Shown: positions 60,856-64,000 of the stretch, piece by piece
Layout of the letters: each line of letters opens with the position of its first letter
Position numbering within the stretch: the first letter of the stretch is position 1
Origin: Takakia lepidozioides
Taxonomy: Eukaryota; Plantae; Bryophyta
NCBI GenBank assembly: GCA_030704615.1
Contig: CM060731.1
Location: 58,342,001-58,406,000, forward strand
Length of the DNA stretch: 64,000 bases
Direction of reading: 5' to 3'
The notes under the pieces: generated by a model
Database searches by the model: none
Told to the model about the DNA's origin: nothing
Seen by the model: only the letters and a program-made list of their open reading frames with translations
Position numbers and translations under genes: made by a program

Positions 60856-63197
60856 ATGAAGTTGGTTTCTAGTATGCTTGATCTTCAATTATTTCCAAAG
60901 ATTATGCTTGCAGTAGTAGTTGCAATTGTTCTCGATCAAATCTTTAAGTTGTTTCGTGATCGAAATGTGAATAAGATACCAGGGCCGTTTCTAAGCTGGC
61001 CTATACTAGGAGACCTCCCTTTCCTGGGTAATGCGCCCCATGTGGCACTCTCCAAATTAGCTCATAGATATGGAGATATGATGCAAGTGAAATTTGGATT
61101 GAGGTCTGTACTTGTGATTTCTTCTCCCGCGATGGCACAAGTGGTTCTCAAAACCCACGACCAGATCTTCGCATCCCGACCTGAGCTAGCTGGTGGAGAT
61201 ATTATGTTCTATAAAAGAAAAGACATGGGTTGGGCCCCTTATGGGGAACACTGGCGACTTTTACGCAAATTGTGCATGTTGAAGCTCTTCACTACCAAGA
61301 GAATCCAGACGTTCAAGAACATCCGAGATGAGGAGGTGTCTTCTTTGGTGCAGGGTATTTTCGAGGAATCCCAGGTTAGAACTTGTAATTTGATCATTGT
61401 TGTAGCATTTCACTAGTTTAGATTACAACTAACTTTTGTTTCAAGATCAGTTTCTATGGTCTCTGCGATGGAGTCCTGGGGGGTGCACTCTTTATAAAAA
61501 GTGTGTATCACGTGCATTCGCCGGCTAATAAAAAAAAACCCCTGTAAATGGGTCATTGGATAATTTATACCCCCTCTGTACATACTTTTTGAAGATTATA
61601 AAACCCTCTCCTATAAATATACAGAAATTTATAATTTTTAAAAAATACCCCCCTTATGTATGTATATTCCCCTTTTCAATCATTAAAAAATAGCCTCAAA
61701 TATGTATATGTATGTCTTTATATTATATCAAATATATTAAAAACAGAACAATATATTTAAAAAAATTGTGTTAATGTCATATTTGAAAATAAAACCCAAT
61801 TTACATTTATGTCCCCGTGCACAAATGACAAATGAAGGGCCAGTCATTGTTGCAAAAAAACCCACTTTGCTATTTTCCGCGAGTTTCCAACGACCAAAAG
61901 TACTTGAAAATTCATATCTCCCACACCGCAAGTCCCAAAATTATGAGACCAAGCTGGTGCACCCCTCCTCATTGAGGGCTTTCCAATGGGACCAAACATC
62001 AGGAATGGGGCCTCGCAGTTTGGGAGATCTCAACGATGACACAAAGCACAATAAACTATCTTTCTTCTATATTAGTATTAATCATTACATTTGTTTCAAG
62101 AATTGTGGAGTAGCCTAGTGGTATGGAGATACTCGTGGTGTAGCTAGTCTCAAGTTCAAATTTGTGCAATGAAATATATGTATTTTCAAAGTTTTTGGAA
62201 AACTCCAAATTGCATGGTGATTTGAACCTACGATTGATGTCGTGACAATGCTAATCCTTACCACTATGCTACCCTCTTAATCATTCTAACCCCTTGCTGT
62301 AGACTTATATTTAAGGTATTGTTTACCCCCCTATGTATGTATAATGTTGTACATGGGGGGGTTAAAAATACCCCTCCTGTGCACGCATGTGGCTGGTACA
62401 TGTTGGCTAGGGTGCACCCCCCAAGGATGGAGTATACAACTAGATACAGTACTTTTGTGTATATCCGTTATTAATGTTGCAAATCTAGATAATCTACCTT
62501 ATTGTATCTAAGCTTGAACTATACTTGAGCCATATGAGGGCCACCTTACCATTGTATGAAAAAACTCTCGGAGGTTGAATGGTAGCTACCCACAAAAATA
62601 GAAATAGAAAGAAGAGAGATTTGTGTGTTTGAGAGTTATTCAAGCGTCCACAATCAAAAGCTTATCTTCATGTAGCCCAAAGTTCTACAGATTAGAGACT
62701 AAATTCTATCACCAAGGAATATTGGCTAGTGCATTCGAGGTAAATACATGTATTAGTGATCCTGAACTGATTTGGTCCAGGGATCCATGCAGAATATAAA
62801 ATCTGTGGATATGCAAAGAAGATTGAGCGATATGACAATGAGTATCATCACTCGCATAGTGCTTGGGAAAAAATGGTTTGGAGTAGAGACGACTACTGAG
62901 GAAGGTCAGGAGTTTAAGAGCCTACTTGTAGAACTTTTTAACCTCTCTGGTGCTTTCAACCTTGGTGACTACATTCCATTCCTAAAGCCTTTGGACCTGC
63001 AAGGCTATGAAGCCCGCATGAAAAAAGTTGCTGCAAGCATGGATCGCTTCTTTAGTATGATGATCCTAGATCATCGGAAAGAAGGAATAAACAATTCAAA
63101 TGCCCAAAAAGACCTTGTAGATGTATTGTTGTCTGTTGTTGGCGAGGAGGGTGCGGAGTATACGGTTGACGACTCTTCTATGAAAGGACTCATGATT
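60856..63197 (+). CDS. Cytochrome P450, CYP71 clan; exon 1 60856-61374, exon 2 62781-63197, remainder outside window
   Basis: N-terminal TM anchor, PGP..WPILGDL, FASRP, APYGEHWRLLRK, FNLGDYIPFL..LDLQG, DLVDVLL. Phase-0 GT-AG junctions ESQ|GSM and LMI|gtaagt. No stops in either exon. Confidence 0.92.
61475..62425. mobile_element. hAT-type MITE in P450 intron 1
   Basis: TIR CCTGGGGGGTGCAC and (reverse complement) CTTGGGGGGTGCAC; 8-bp TSD GATGGAGT at 61467-61474 and 62426-62433. Confidence 0.8.
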
Positions 63198-64000
63198 GTA
63201 AGTATATTCATCTCCTCCACATGTACTCATATTTTTATTTTTTTTTATGTAAGACGTTGTCCATATGTTGGATTCTCTCTGGCTTCACTCTGTCTCTATT
63301 GTTTGGGCGTAGATTCCCTCTGGACAGACCAATTTTCTCTGTAACATTTAATACCGTTACTAGATTACAGCTTACTCTGTATTGCAATTTTCTCAAGATT
63401 GTTTAAAGGTTGGCCATTATCCATTTGGGCTCTTGATCGGAAACCTAGATCATCAAGAAAGTACACATGTAAGTCTCAAGCATATAATAACTTTGTAGAT
63501 ATGATGGATCACATAAGACCGACCAAATCAGCAAATTGGGACCCACCATTAGATGAAATCGAGGACATGCCAAACACTCGAAAGTGGCAACTAGAATTTA
63601 CTTACTTTAGCTCTAACCAGGTTTCAAAACCCTTTTAATCTGTCACTATCACAAATCACATATCATCTTTTCATGACTTTCTTGGATTTGAATTGTTTGT
63701 CACAATGGCGGAGCACCATGGATAGGGATAGAAAAATATAGGATAAAGACCGTGTGTGGATATCTTACACCTCTCCTTTGTTAGGACAGAAATCCATAAC
63801 CTAGCTTTTGACGCAATTTCCTATGTCTCAAAATTAATTGCGTTTGAGCAATCGAGCTAGTGACATGTATACAACTATCTTCACATATATTTACCTGGAA
63901 GAAAATTTGGATGCAAATTTTGATGAAAACCGCTTATAACTAGGTTATGTACAATATCCACCAAGACTACCTAGTGCTTGGCTATGGGATGTAGCCTCAT

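Overview
Repeat-rich eukaryotic DNA from a land plant (GT-AG introns, PLS-class PPR relics, a CYP71-clan P450). The PPR style suggests a non-seed plant, but that is inference only. The first ~54 kb is a nest of transposons. A minus-strand Ty3/Gypsy element (runs off the left edge; 5' LTR ends at 32490) sits in the 3' end of an RNaseH+RLE (Dualen/RandI-like) non-LTR fragment. Two diverged members of the same unusual Mutator-like (MULE) DNA transposon family have inserted into that Gypsy: element A at 1001-14812 (9-bp TSD TTTAATTTA) and element B at 21326-31958 (8-bp TSD GCATCTAC). Each encodes a DDE+SWIM transposase and, divergently, a spliced gene fusing a ParB/Srx-like domain (DGNHR) to a beta-class N4C/N6A DNA-methyltransferase-like domain. 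Each also carries its own array of CG-rich 16-bp palindromes (A: ATTTCGGCGCCGAAAT, phased at ~63 bp; B: core CGCCGGCG). In element A the methyltransferase exons lie on a ~1.87-kb segment inverted between two of those palindromes. This ParB-MTase-plus-palindrome transposon module is the best candidate for an undescribed system. Further right are a second Gypsy 3' LTR with a long 3' accessory ORF, a 500-N gap, an L1-type ORF1 split by a 6.1-kb non-autonomous CACTA carrying decayed OSB-PDF-motif/PPR gene pieces, inverted CACTA tnp2 relics, hAT-type MITEs, and the first two exons of a CYP71-clan cytochrome P450. Most TE ORFs carry stops or frameshifts. All domain calls are by-eye motif recognition; no searches were run.
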